Part shown: positions 23,701-36,574 of the stretch, in pieces
Layout: each line of letters opens with the position of its first letter
How positions within the stretch are numbered: position 1 is the stretch's first letter
NCBI GenBank assembly: GCA_051294905.1
Contig: CM119371.1
Location: 14,696,001 to 14,760,000, forward strand
Length of the DNA: 64,000 bases
Direction: 5' to 3'
Source: Botryllus schlosseri
Taxonomy: Eukaryota
The notes under the pieces: model-generated
The model's input: the letters and a program-made list of their open reading frames with translations, nothing else
Databases searched by the model: none
What the model was told of the DNA's origin: nothing
Position numbers and translations under genes: made by a program

Positions 23701-26700
23701 TGGGCAGTTGGGCGTCGGCCATTATCGCACCATGACGCGCCAAGACATATGAAGTTGAAGGCTATGTAACATGCGATTTCAAGGAGTGCGCCAGAACGAT
23801 CAGCAGCGAGAAAACCTTGGGCGAAAAAGACTGCCCTGGTGCTGACCGAAAACTTCGATATATACAAATATATGTGTAATTGTCAGGGCTGTGGAGTCGG
23901 AGTCGGTGGAGTCGGAGTCGGGTCGATTTTCGCTTGATGGAGTCGGAATCGGAGTCGTGAAAACTATAATAGCTGGAGTCGGAGTCGGTGGGAAAATACT
24001 GACTGACAGTTTGTGAGAATGACTATGACTTCGACTCCGACTCGAACTTCTCTATCATGAAAACATTTGCTTTCAAAGAATTTTCAATATAATTTTTATG
24101 TACCACCAATCACTTTTAAAATTAACCATACAGATCAGGCGCGGCCAGCCTGTGGCACGCAGGCCAAATTTGGCACACGAGAAAATTAGGTGTGGCCTGC
24201 GAGGTAATTCTCGAAATTATTTACGACATCAGGTACAATTGCAAGGCCAACCAAAATTTGATTAGCATGACCGCGAAATTTGATGATGACTAAAACAACA
24301 GTTCTGACGCATTGACGTATCCAGGGGTCAGCCACATTTATCCCATATCTTCGTATATGACCATGAAGTAGAATATTTCATAGCAGATTTATTTGACTTG
24401 AAATTTTTCTCGGTACTTCGCATGATTCATTGTCGCTAGATTTCTTGCATTCAGTATTTGAGCCCCTTCTGAAAATTATAAATACATATAATTCACAGAA
24501 TTGAGTCTATTTATATTCTCAATTAGGAGATACGGCTTCGCTTGTGCACTCGCAGCGAGATCGTCGACAAAACATTTGCACAAAATGATAGAGGCATGTT
24601 CACTGACACCGTCGATTTTGCTGTCTAAACGTCGAGACGGGGTGTCCGAGAAAACAAAGAATTAGTATCGCATTATTTCCATCTCAATGCTATTATTTAC
24701 ATCCCATGATGTGGACGACTGCTTATTTTGTCAAAAATTGACACCTCCTGAGATGTATCAATATGAATCAAGCTCTCTACCCCTTCCTAATAGCTTCATT
24801 TGCAGCTTTTGACAGTCCATGCGAACGAATTACGATCGTTTTCACAATTACTTACTTACTTGAGTAGATTTAAAGTCAGTCAATTCTACTTCAAGTAGTT
24901 TTAGGTTGCTTATTAAAGAAGTACTTCTACTCGTACTTGAGTAGATTTTTCTTCAATACTTCTACTTCTACTTGAGTAGCTTTCTTGACTACTTTGACCA
25001 CCTCTGGGTATGAGATACCGGAATGGTTCCGTATCGAAGTCACTCCGGCAAAAAACCAAATGTTGGCGACACCAACATAATCAAAATCCTGAAAAAAGTG
25101 ATCCAGTGAAAATATAATTTCTGGCGGACTGGCCTGAATGTACGTCTAATCAAAAAAGACCTCAAATTTAAACGACGGTGAAATAATCAAGCGATCTATT
25201 TACATAGAGTGCCAACTATTTTCCAGTTGCATGAAAAATAGAAGAAAAAAAACTTGCAAAATATTGCATGAAAATTGAAAAATGTTGCAAGATTCCTTCA
25301 AGCAGTTTGAAACACAATACTACACAACTTCTGAGTATTTAGGAAGCTGCCAGAAGTTGTAAAAAAAGTTGCAAAAGTTGCCAAGATTGCCATTAATAAC
25401 ATAATGCATTTTGCAGTTAATCGGAGATGGGTACCTTCGAAATTGCAGGTTGCGTCTGCTGTCTGCACGGCTAACGCAAAATCACTAATGACGATGCAAA
25501 TAGGTAGAATCCTCGAAAATATGTTCTGTTAACGTGATACAAAGGTATTTCACGCGATTCTTAAAAATGATGAAAACCTTTCCCAAAAGTACCATCTGCT
25601 TTTAAAATCAAAATTATAATAAATTATCAGTTTTAGCAGAGTGGAATTTGTAAATGCTACCGGGCGAGTCATGTGATTGCTTGTTAATATGGACTTTGTA
25701 TTATGGGCCCTTGATTCATGGTGCGAAATGACTTGGTAGTCGGTGCACCAATTTCCCCTTATTCAACCAACCAACCACCACTTCATGTATGAAGGATTCC
25801 GATCTGGCAACCTGCATACATACGGTTAAGTCAGTAATTCCTACAATCCCATTCCAGGGGCAAAGTGCTGGGTGACCGACAGGTATTTCGAAGCTGAAAA
25901 CTACTTGAAGACATGTCCTAATTCCGGTGACTGGTGCTTCACGCAAGCCGAATACTTCGCGAATACTTCGGAACGGTATTATATATATGGTTCGTCGTGT
26001 CAGTACACGATTGGCGCAAATATTTTGACGAGTTGTTCGGCTGTGTTTTGATTTTTTCAAGTCGAAGTAGAAGTAGCACCATAAATTTCTACTCAATGAC
26101 AAGTAGCAATAAAATTAGCAATTTCGAAGACACGCCAAACTAGAAGTAGAAGTAGAAAATGATGATCTGAAATGTACTCGAGCACGTATGTCTTAAAAGT
26201 AGATTTGGTAGTTGGTTGCATACTTTTGACAGTTAATCGGAAATAAAAAATATTTTTTTTTATCAAATTAATGCACCACGATATGGTGATATGAGGAGAA
26301 GATAAAAAAGTGGTGCCGAAACCCCTTGTTTGTTTGTGGTATTCATTGTGTTTGTCGACTACTGTGATTTTTCACACCAGGCCGATATCGGTAAGGCTTT
26401 TCTAGACACCGCTTACTCGGATGAGCTGGCGAGGAGCGTAGGTAAACTTCCAATATTGAGGTATCGGAATTCTGAAGTAGGCCTCGGGCGGACTCGAACC
26501 CGCACCCATTGGTGTTGCAGTCGCGAATTATACCACTGCGCTATATTGCCAGTCTCTGAAGCGACTTGCAGCAGTCTATTATTCAGACACCCCCTTTGGT
26601 CTACAGCGTGTATAAATAAGAGGCAAGCACAGTGTATTTGAAAAAGGATAACATAAAAAGAATCAAGATGATCAGACACGCTACGAAATTTATACTGTGT

Positions 26701-29700
26701 TACCTAGACACGGCGGTGATGACGCCGAGTTGTCATGAAAATTCCGTTTGGTAAAAATGATGCAAACTTATCCCAAAACTAATTTCTACTTTATAAAATG
26801 CAAAGTGTCGATAGTAAGTAGTTTTGCCAAAAAAATCTACTCGAACAGAAGTGTTAGTAGTCTCAAAGCATAACCACTCGAGTATCGAATAAATTAGAAG
26901 TACTTCGTTATTGGTCACCTTTGAGTGGGTTAACCATTCTCATCGGCCATGAAATTAAAACAAAACACTAATGACCTTCAAGTTAAAACGTCAATACACT
27001 GACCACGAGAGAAACTCTACTAGCTATCAGCAATACCGGGTGGTGAGCTATGGCGTAATTTGTTCAACCTATTCAGGCTTCATTCGAGAGGTTGCATGAG
27101 CGAATCTGATTGTCAGAAATACGTGGCATCCAATGATAAGGCTTGTAAGCCTGGAGAGATCGGGGCGGTGTGCCACTTTTGCTGCAAAGGGCAATACTGT
27201 AACACAGTAGAGTGGACCTACTCTGGTAACTACCCTCTTTCTGTCCATTGATACCATGAAAAGTATCAGTTGCCACAGCTAATATGCGTTTACCGACAAT
27301 ATACATGTTTCCCGGTAGGATTAACCTGCGAAAATATACCCGTCGAGGAACGTATACATTGCGGATGGAGCGGTATGCCAATAGCGGCTTGTCTTCAACG
27401 TGGGTGTTGCTACGTGCCGTCCAATGATACAACGGCGTGGTGTCATCACGGAAAATGTAAGATATCGTCACGTGCACTTCGTTGTAGCCAAGTAGTTTGC
27501 CAAAGTATGTACGGCCGATTTGAATAGGAACGCAATCAGAGGTGATCAGTAACAAAGTACGCCATTTGGGGGGGGGGGTACTGGAGTAGATTTAGCCTAT
27601 ACAGTACACCTGATACTTAATGCTTGAATAACTGCTTCGTGGTACAAAATTAAAGATTGCTTTCATCAGAATATCCATGGTCATAGTAGGGCCTACATTA
27701 ATTATCACTTGAAGAATTATCGGGTGGATCTGTTCAAGAGTTATCGCCACAGTAAAGGGATTCAAACAGATTCAAGGGTAAACCCAATATGGTACAGTAT
27801 GACGTAACCCAGCGGTCTCGAACACGCGGCCCGCGAGACCATTTTGTACGGCCCGCGACGGCATTTTGGATTTCGACGTACTCGACAATATTCAATAAAC
27901 ATTTTTTTTAATTCGAGAACTTAAATTTCGCTCTAAAACTACTCCAGAAGCCAGAAACTACTCATCAAACTTCACTATTACATCACTTTCAAAATTTAAG
28001 ACGCAGCGGAAGCTTATATATAACGTGACACCACTTGTTTAAGATGGTTAAACGTGACCCGTTAATAATTCGTACTGAAAACTCTGATTTGGACTTCGGT
28101 GCTATCTTTTGTAGAATTACTCGAACTCAATGGGTGATAAAATAAAAATGACTTGAGTTGAGTCGCGTCAAAAGATACAATGACAGAAGTACTTTTGTGA
28201 CGTGGAACGCCGTGACTTGGTACAACCACGGACGAAACAAACTATCAAGCAGATATTGAAAATAGTAAAATATCAAAAGGTCGTGGCTTGCGTTTCGTCG
28301 CTATTTAGATATCTAAGCAGGTCGGTATGGTAACCATGTATAGTTGTTTACATCCTGCGTCATTTTGGGTATCTTTATCCATGTTATTTTCGCCAATTAA
28401 ATGTGGCGAGTATAAAGTAGTCGTAGCCTACGCTTCAAATCTGTAACACAAATGGATTCTTCGGCGATTAGACATTTTTATTGCTATATGGCACAGTAGT
28501 CGACATATTCAAGTTGTCATTGATCTGTTCAAATATTCGAAGATAAACCTAACGCTGATTTAATTTGATTTTGGTAATGACATGATCAATAGCCTAGTTA
28601 TCAGGAGTATACCCGGGACCCGGATTAGGCTGTACTGCTCCAATGCTCTGATATCAAATCAATCTTTGTAAAATTATAAAATTCTACCTCTCTAATTGCA
28701 GCACGTCAAATGTCCGCTGAGCTGCAAAATTATAACGCGACAGCTTTTACGATGTCCTGATGCATTTGTTCTCTCGCGTCTACAACTAATTATTTTGACA
28801 AATTATGCAAAGTAGGCCTACAGCAGCAATTTTATTGAAATGTCTAAAAATGTTATTTTTTCGTGCCAAGCGTGAATTCACGATAGTAAATCACATTTTT
28901 ACGATGCGTGTGGAATGTCAGTCTGAAAGGTCCCATCAAATAAGACCTACTTGGAAATACATTGAATTCCCCTACTATTGGTGCTGCGGCCCGCGGTGCC
29001 AGCAAAAAAGAAGGAAATTGACCCGCGAGCACATTTGAGTTTGAAACCTCTGATGTAACCAATAAACTTACAAAACATGAAATTCGCATTGTGCAATACT
29101 AGCAACGACAATTGTTGAAACGACAACGGCACATACAAAACAAAGAAAACTAATGGGGCATTTGTAAATTACACAGAAACACGTTTCAATCTTGATGACA
29201 AACTTCAGTCATTGCCTACGTTAAATGGATACGAGTTTCAGCCGAAAATATTCGAGTATATTTCACTATACATGTATTATTATATTTGTAACACCCGCGA
29301 TTCGGCGTAGGTGCCGACTGTTACAATCAATTACCAGGGTGTCACAAATTAAATTTTATCGACAACAGGGCCCTAGATAGCCTACTCGGCGTCTTCATGA
29401 CATTTTCGGATCCATGCTATCACTTTAGAGACGGAAACAGTATCCGAATTGGATCAGGATTTTATCTTATCGAACATGATTTCATCCGAACCGCGTAAAT
29501 CTTGACGCGTTCCTTCCTATTGACCACATGATGTCAAACTTATTGTTTCATTGCAGTTCCTGCTGCACCGGCGATCGCTCAGGCACAGTCTCTCAGCGCG
29601 TGGGTGATTGTGCTGATAGTGCTATTTATCCTATTTCTGATCATTGTCGTCGCCATTATCGTATGCTGTTGCCGGAAAAGACTAAGGGTGGATTGCACAG

Positions 29701-32700
29701 ATGTCGATTAATCCCTAATCGCCGATTAAACGTCAGTAATCGGCTGGCTTCCGTGGCACAGATGCCGATCTGCAACTAATCGGTGAATTTTAATCGGCCA
29801 AATGTTATCCGCCGAGAGAGGTGTCTAGAAAGTTAATCGGCTGTGTGCTTCGCGTTGACTGCGGTCCGGGCAGGCTATAGGTACACTAGTATTTGGTATT
29901 GAGATGGTGTTAACTGGATGCTCTGACGTGCAGTTGCGGTATTACTTGAAAATATTGTACTCAGACACTACTACAACTGTTGGCGCATATTATGGGCGTG
30001 GGCCTACCACAGCCGATAGTACCTTATGCTATGATTACCGGTATGACATTTTTTACAGACTGTACACTGTACAGAATTCGATAGTATACTTTGGTAATAA
30101 AATACGAGGACGGAAAATTGCAACAGACAAGAAGAGTTTAGAATAATTGAATTGATAGAAGAATATATTGAAACCAAGGAAGACAAAAAGACTGATGGCA
30201 AAACAAAAGATGCGGCCTGAGATGTAATGAGTAAGAAATATGCAGCTATGAATACTAGTCCTGCGCGTGCAGCCGTACAACTGGCCAAATCCAGAATGTA
30301 TTGAAAAATTTGAAACGAAAAGCAAAAAAGACATATGCATCACAACGCGTCGAACGGGCCAAAACTGGCCCACCTCCAGTTGACGAACTCCTTGGAAAAG
30401 GTTTTTGATAGGAAATTTTACTGGCAATTCTTTAAAATTCGCAGTAGGAGATGTATTGTTTCCATCCGTGTGTATCGTGACTCTCTGCGTGCTTCATACT
30501 CACGTTTTAACGCTCGTTTTGAACTGAATAGACAAATTTTGATGATCATGAAAACATGGATTTATTGTATTTTTGTAATTCCCAACAAACTAACCATAGC
30601 CAGAGACTGCTGCACGTCATCAGCTATACGAAAACGACACATGGGGAACACTGCTCGGCAAATTCCTAATCTGAAATTGATTTTTATAGCACTGGTATAT
30701 TTATTATCACTTTTCAGACCTTCTTCCATCTCAAATTGAATGTTTGAAACATCGGTATGACTACGATTGCGTATTCGATAGTCACATGATGGTGAGTGCA
30801 TTTAGGACATCAACTTTTTTAATATGTTACAACCAACGGCAGAGGAACTTGCATCCAATTTTAACTTGCAACAGTCTGGCTTTGTTACTGTGCGTGTGCA
30901 GGTGCCTGAGCAGTATCGTTGGCCATTATTATTGTTAGGCTTGCAACTTGACTTGAAGATTTGACTTCGAGTCAGGATTTCTCATACCGTATGTCATATT
31001 GAAGCAGTGACTCGAGTCAAATCCATTCATCCTATTACAACTCGAGTCAAGTCATGATTTTAGTCCTCCATGCTTCCTATGTTTCGCGGGGTTAAGATAA
31101 ACCGTGAAAAAATCATTTGAAAGTAACTTATCTAATGTATTTCTAACTAACATTTTTAAATAAAATGTTTATTCAGATGCATATTCCGAAGATTCAGTTT
31201 GCACCTTCATCATCGACGAGGATGTGAACACAGAGGCTGGTTCTTTATGTCACAACAGCGATGGTAAGTTGAGGTACTAATTTGAAATCCATATGAATAG
31301 TGTTGGTACTAACATAGCCACACGAATACTTCAAATAGAACATTGCGGGTTGTTTTGATTGACATTAACATTGCTCTATTGAATTTGAACTCTATTGAAT
31401 CAATACAACTGTTGTTAACCATAGTTTTCTTGCAGCAAATGAAATTGCTGCCTTTTCGTTGCTGATGGCGATGTGACGCTTCCTTCAGTTCCCTCGACAG
31501 ACTTCAGGATGGAACACCAGACCGGTAAGTGTTAGCATACAAAGATGGTGATGCAACCCACAGTTTATTCATTACTACATTCAGATATGCAAGATGAAAC
31601 AGAGAACACAAAAAGCTCAACGGCAATTGTCTTGAAAAAGAGAGCCAGGTGTGTTGCTGAAAAATCATATTTTAACTATAATGTTGGTGATCAAAATGTG
31701 GTGTTCAGAAATGAGCGTCCTGGAAATGGCAAAGAAGCAGCATGATATCAGAATGAAATATTTTGAATTACAGATGCATATCAAGTACCAGAAACTGGAA
31801 ATGGAAAAAGAACTGCAAAATTGAGAAAATACAGCAACAAATCGAAATAGCACAAAAACCAGACTTGGACAACTAGTTAATTGGCTGTATAATTAGAATA
31901 GTAAGTGCAAAATGCCAGTAATATATTTCTAACTTAATTTATGGTTTTGCTGAAAATTCTACAGTAGAACTCTACAATACTTAGTAGAGTTGTGCAGATT
32001 TCCAAATTTTCACATATTCAGTAATCCCTATTTTGATTTAATTGAAAAATGACTACTGTGTCTATAATTATATTCTAATTTGGAAAAATATGCAGCCATA
32101 ATTATCATCATAGTCTAATAATTTTGAAAATCTGATTTTCTAGTTGTCCAATTCTGACTACAGCATAGGTTACTGGATCTCGTAATAAAAATAATTGAAG
32201 AGGAATTGAATGTGTGGTTATTGGTGTTCAAACACGAGATGAAATACTCAAGACATTGTAGAGAAGTGATTTTGAACAATCTATCTGCGCTGAAGTCGTG
32301 CTCGGTTGTGCCTTCACGTTATCGTGTCGCTAACCTCCAGGGTATATTCCGATGGATTTGCTCGGTCTTTGACCAATCTTCTTGGCACTCTCTCTTCTGC
32401 TAGGCTCTCTAACATCTGGAGGGTAGCAAGAACATTGAGGTATGGATCCATTGCTATTCTCAGTCGATATTGCACTATATTAATGTAGCTCTCTATAAAA
32501 CAGGTTGTATTGAATTTTATGGTTGACCAAATTCTTGATAAACTGAAGTGGGGTTTGGCTGTCAACAAACAAGATTACTCAACTGGGTAACAGCAGATAA
32601 CTTTGCATTGCAAAATTGTAACATAAATGCATTACTGTTGGTACAGCACTTGAACACATGTATGCATATGACTTATTATATGATAACATCGTCACATTGC

Positions 32701-33969
32701 ACAACAGTTAGATCCTTGCAATGGCTGAAATTTACTTCTACACTCCCGCAGAGCCAATTGTCATTGGTATGGAGAAATCAAAATGGTACGGTATGCAAAT
32801 GTGTGTGTATGAGCTCAATTTGTATATCTTCACATTGGTAAAGCGGCTATCATGACTAATGCACCAATAAACGGAAAATATAGTTCTATCTGAAAAGTAT
32901 CTATCTAGATCTAGATCCCTGAGTAATGAGATAAATGTCCTGCAATATACGAAATTTGTAGTAGAGTTTCTGGCACAGCAATACCGGTATAAGACGAAGA
33001 TTTCGGTACGCTATTCCTACAATACCTCTTTTCATAACCTCAAAACGTTTGTTCTGACGGGTTCTGACGTTCATAACCTTACACTGTGCAGTAGCAACAG
33101 CTTAGTTAGCTGCTATACGCACATGACATCAACTAAACATACATATCTATGAAGAGCTCATCTCTCCGTTATGACGACACAGTTCATATCGCCACCGAAC
33201 GAAAACAGCTGATTGCTAACGTACGTCATTTGCGTCGATTTGCGTCAGTAATCCGCGATAAGATAACTCACAGGCGAATCCGTATCTGTACCACAGAGTC
33301 GCCAGGTGACCTTGCTCGCTGATTAAATTATCGCCGATTAAGGCAATCGGTGATTACTTTTCAATCGGCATCTGTGCAATCCACCCTAAGAGAGAAACAG
33401 AAAGGGTCGTATGACGTTTACGCGGTTAGTATAACGATGTTAGTATTTCCTTAGGTTCGTGTGGCGGTATAGCGTAGTGGCATGTTCCACTGCTGCGACA
33501 CCAATGTGTTGCGGGTTCGAGTCCGACCGATGTCGACTCCAGAATCCCTATATCCGACTCCCAACTGGCCATTGCGGGCTGAACTAATGTTTGCACGGGA
33601 TCGTATGCCATGATAATCTATTTTGTGAACTGCGCGCACAGCCGGAATCAGTGGAACATTTCTTGCTGAAATATCCGAGATTCAGCAACTACTCACTTAA
33701 GTTCTTTTAATACGATTCACCTCTACTTCCAATTGATGTTGCTTAAACATTAAACATTTAAAAATTGCTACTTTTATTTCTACTTCAGTAGCAAGACTGA
33801 AAACTTTGACTTTTTCTGATTATTACACTAGGGTTGCGTATACTGAATTGTAAGTGCAGGGTTGCTAACGATTTACCTTCAATACCAGATCCCAAAATCT
33901 CGATGCGAAAGAGGACAGAACATTTCAACTGTATCGAGAGAATCTTACGACAACATGGTCATCGATTGA
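17633..33969 (+). CDS. Multi-exon type I membrane protein: Ly6/uPAR - FN3 - Ly6/uPAR - trefoil - TM - cytoplasmic tail; 5' end not found; TM exon disrupted by Harbinger
   Basis: Exons 17633-17767, 20791-20960, 21763-21886, 25858-25975, 27077-27225, 27319-27456, 29557-29685 + 33390-33424, and 33889-33969. All are AG/GT bounded; intron phases 1,0,1,2,1,1,0 join into one stop-free frame. Confidence 0.88.
17777..17932 (-). mobile_element. SINE 3' fragment in intron
   Basis: (GTTT)n followed by the reverse complement of the family tail. Confidence 0.7.
18340..18700 (+). mobile_element. Penelope-like retroelement remnant (GIY-YIG endonuclease C-terminus)
   Basis: SSIGKHLLDN..C..AY..DRFRI...HLCALESTFLKIRQPSLYQQKEFVYNLKI, resembling the typical PLE ORF end. 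Confidence 0.75.
19445..20763 (+). mobile_element. Non-autonomous hAT element with internal direct duplication
   Basis: TIR CAGGGCCGTAAC / GTTACGGCCCTG; TSD ACTATTAT at 19437-19444 and 20764-20771; other copies at ~23489, 58790-59971 and 63370-64000. Confidence 0.9.
20791..21886 (+). CDS. Two exons (20791-20960, 21763-21886) encoding an FN3 domain plus Thr-rich linker
   Basis: APKIPTNLVSYVTDSSVELSWDP..YRYDVEY.. | IEVGSLESGSSYLFRVRSYHGGVFS..STLATSTTT; phase-0 junction. Confidence 0.88.
22713..25006. mobile_element. hAT element with AGTAG/CTACT subterminal repeats carrying nested insertions
   Basis: TIR CAGAGGTGGTC / GACCACCTCTG; TSD GGTATGAG at 22705-22712 and 25007-25014. Nested: MITE 22993-23172, hAT fragment from ~23489, (GGAGTC)n element from 23883, hAT end at ~24137. 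Confidence 0.9.
25858..27225 (+). CDS. Two exons (25858-25975, 27077-27225) encoding Ly6/uPAR domain 2
   Basis: GAKCWVTDRYFEAENYLKTCPNSGDWCFTQAEYFANTSER|LHSRGCMSESDCQKYVASNDKACKPGEIGAVCHFCCKGQYCNT; phase-2 junction. Confidence 0.88.
26326..26550 (-). mobile_element. tRNA-derived SINE, near full length
   Basis: GGCAATATAGCGCAGTGG (A box) ... GGTTCGAGTCC (B box), then body and (AAAC) tail shared with the other fragments. Confidence 0.8.
27319..27456 (+). CDS. Exon: trefoil (P-type) domain
   Basis: CENIPVEERIHCGWSGMPIAACLQRGCCYVPSNDTTAWCHH shows the six-Cys trefoil pattern (R..CG, C...GCC, WC); phase 1-1 exon. Confidence 0.92.
27810..29052. mobile_element. hAT/Charlie-type non-autonomous element in intron
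   Basis: CAGCGGTCTCGAAC..CGGCCCGCG / GTTTGAAACCTCTG; TSD ACGTAACC vs ATGTAACC. Confidence 0.82.
29557..29685 (+). CDS. Transmembrane exon, 5' part (continues at 33390-33424)
   Basis: PAAPAIAQAQSLSAWVIVLIVLFILFLIIVVAIIVCCCRKRL after the acceptor tttcattgcAG. Confidence 0.9.
30127..30380 (+). pseudogene. Harbinger Myb/SANT-like DNA-binding gene remnant
   Basis: QEEFRIIELIEEYIETKEDKKTDGKTKDAA*DVMSKKYAAMN..RAAVQL..LKNLKRKAKK..RAKTG; the conserved Trp codon is TGA and there is a frameshift. Confidence 0.75.
32248..32451 (-). pseudogene. Internally deleted Harbinger transposase (N-terminus fused to C-terminus)
   Basis: MDPYLNVLA..RVPRRLVKDRANPSEY is joined directly to ..RARLQRR*IVQNHF; the DDE core is absent. 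Confidence 0.6.
33463..33560 (+). mobile_element. tRNA-derived SINE head
   Basis: GGCGGTATAGCGTAGTGG..CACCAATG..GCGGGTTCGAGTCCG; homologous to the copy ending at 26550. Confidence 0.75.
33889..33969 (+). CDS. Probable last coding exon of the membrane protein (cytoplasmic tail)
   Basis: Branch-like GCTAAC and acceptor taccAG; phase 0; reads IPKSRCERGQNISTVSRESYDNMVID*. Confidence 0.65.
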   Translation: MPKSRCERGQNISTVSRESYDNMVID

Positions 33970-35792
33970 CTCCGTCGCTGGAACTAACCAACACGTGTTG
34001 TGTTGCTAAATTTATGCAGTTAAGCTTCGCAGAATATGTACCAATTTTCCCGTGCCTATGTTTTTGTATAAACAACTTGAGATGGCGAGTGCTATGCGCT
34101 ATCACCCGGCTTCTACAGTTCTATTCGTTTCAAACTGTTTTAATGCCCATATTTACACAGAGGTTGTCAGTGACCACGTGCTTCTACTTTTCCGAGTATA
34201 CTCACTCAAGTATCTTTTGTACACTTGATCTGCTTACTCAATTTGATATAGCTTTAACCAGGGGTTCCTCAAACTGGGGGGCGCGGGAGGCTCTCAGGGG
34301 GGGGGGCGAGAAATTTTTGTCAACTTTGTCAATGTCTGTATAAATTGTGACTAAATATGTGTTTCACAACCATTCTGAAGAGACGATTATTGAAGATTAA
34401 ACTTAATTCGTATTCTAGACAACTTGCCAAACTCAAACTCCAGCAGTCGCGCTCAACGGAGTATAGGCTGACTTCAATTTCATTTGAGCAAAGTTTTGAT
34501 ATTCTTTGAAGATTCAGAGAAATTCCTACGTGCAAGTCATTCATTACTTTATAGCTTTGGCAGTAGCCTAAGGGTGGGTTTCAAATAGTCGACTTAGGCC
34601 CGTCGTCGGGCTTAAGCTACACCCCTCAGGCTGAAGTCGGTTTCAAAACTGTGACTTGAGGGGATTTCCCCTCCAGCGTGCGCTTTGTTAAGACAGATAT
34701 CCAAGCCAGCTAGGGGGTAGGCTGAAGTCAACAGTGCTGATAACTGTTGTGCTGTTTGTTGAAGGATACTGGCCGTTCTTCTGATGTATAGCTTGGCAAA
34801 TCAGATTAGATCATTTTATATTGATGTCAGGCAGTTTGGAACAATGTTTATATCACAAACGTGACAAGTTGGTATCATATACCGTTATAGTGGGATTTAC
34901 AGTGGAATGCTGCAGGGGTCTTCGTATACTGAATGGATTTCAATTCAAATGGATAGCCAGAGCCCTGAGGCACACAGGACACATCAGCACTTCTTCCATA
35001 ACCGCACCATATAGTATCAAGCAATGTTCCCCATGACCACCGTAACCCGCGTTCGCTGGCTCCAATCGATTCGGTTACGAATATGATATGACTATGGTTA
35101 CGAGACACGGGAAGTGATATTTGGGGTAAGGCGTAAAGGTGCCTAGCGTTGGACTTGCGAATCCTGCCCATTTTGGCAAAGAAAGGTCAGCGATAAGAAT
35201 CCGCTACGGGTAATGATGCTGATCAGTGGTCATGGGGAACATCAGTTAATATAGTGCATGTATCGAAGAAGCCCCAAGATGAGATTTTAGGTTGCGGCAG
35301 ATCAACAGATCCTTTATTGATAGCCTACATGCTACGTCAACTCATCATTATAGTTTTCTCGACTGGTTACGTCTTTTAACTTAGGCACGTTGACGTTTTG
35401 ACAGTTTGGCTTTGCTGTGGTTATAGCCAAAAAGTGAACACATGACGCATCACCAGAAAATGGAAAATATGTATCATGCTCATTTTGTTGAGCCTAATCA
35501 ATGTTGCACCACTTGCACGCAACTGTGATTGATTGCAGGGTTCCCCTCAATATCCATTTTCGCTCCACCCCTATGAGCATTGTCATAAATATGTTTAACT
35601 GCTACTTTCTAGAATAGTGCCGACTACATGGAACTTTGATCAATATGTGTCTATTCAACCAGCATTGTATTGATATTCCGTTCACTGCACGCGTACCGAA
35701 TTTCAGCATACTGGATAAAGATCCAGAAGTTTCGGAAAGAAAAATGACATGACTTTGCATGAAGTTGTTAGTGAATTGCTATAGATGTGAAG

Positions 35793-35967
35793 CAATGTTC
35801 CCTCTAATTTTTGACGAGTCTGTGCGTACACTCAAGAACTCACTACGCAGACCCTCGGAAAACAGTGCGTAACGACTAAAAAAGGGTCATGACTTCAGAT
35901 TTTCTGTGTTCATAAACCGTGTCAGCACTGCGCATTTGCGCATGTATGCAGCTTAAAGGGGCCATTG
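35793..35967. mobile_element. hAT MITE (175 bp)
   Basis: CAATGTTCCCTCTAA / TTAAAGGGGCCATTG; TSD ATGTGAAG on both sides; inverted sibling at 22993-23172. Confidence 0.85.
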
Positions 35968-36574
35968 ATGTGAAGTGATATATGCCAATAATATTCAAAG
36001 TGCAGTACATGCTAACGCTTCAGTAATCCAAATGTTTTCAGATATATGTCAATTCAACATTGATTTTCACAGATTTGCTACCCAGTCATAGTATCGACAT
36101 AGCAGCATAATCAGTCCATGTAAAAATTATTATATAGCTGTGCAATGTGCCACCAGAGTGAGCTGCAGGCTGTGAAACAAATGATAGCACCATTCTTTTG
36201 GAACACAGAGAAAATCAAACGAGCAGTGATGTGCCAAGCCATCAAATAGGTATTTATCTATCTATCCGTATATGTGAGTGTGAATGCGCATACCAATATC
36301 CAGTTCCTTTTATATTAAGGTTTTTCTGGAAGCACTTTGCTCGAGCTTTATCCAGTTCCTCGCACCATGATACCAACACTGGGCTGTAAGTATGTCATTT
36401 CCATTCATATTTATACCATGCTTGATAAGTTGTTTTGTGATAGATGCTGACCCATCTGATGTGCCAACTTATGGAGTAGCAGTTGGGAGCTGCATCTGCT
36501 AGTTGTTTGGGCAACATTTCCAACCAGATCAAGGTAAGTTTGCATTCATTACTAGGCCATCAATTGTCTGTTTG

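Larger units (their letters stand above)
29686..33386. mobile_element. PIF/Harbinger transposon (defective) inserted in a coding exon
   Basis: TIR GGGTGGATTGCACAGATG(T/C)CGATT; TAA TSD at 29683-29685 and 33387-33389; Myb/SANT and transposase remnants in convergent orientation. Confidence 0.93.

Noticed and set aside
26480..26550. Functional tRNA-Cys gene
   Set aside because: The stems do not pair into a cloverleaf, there is no poly-T terminator, and it continues into a repeated SINE body.
29686..33390. Harbinger spliced out as an intron to rescue the tail
   Set aside because: Using GT at 29688 and AG at 33389-33390 shifts the frame (RETERVV*), and the donor is weak.
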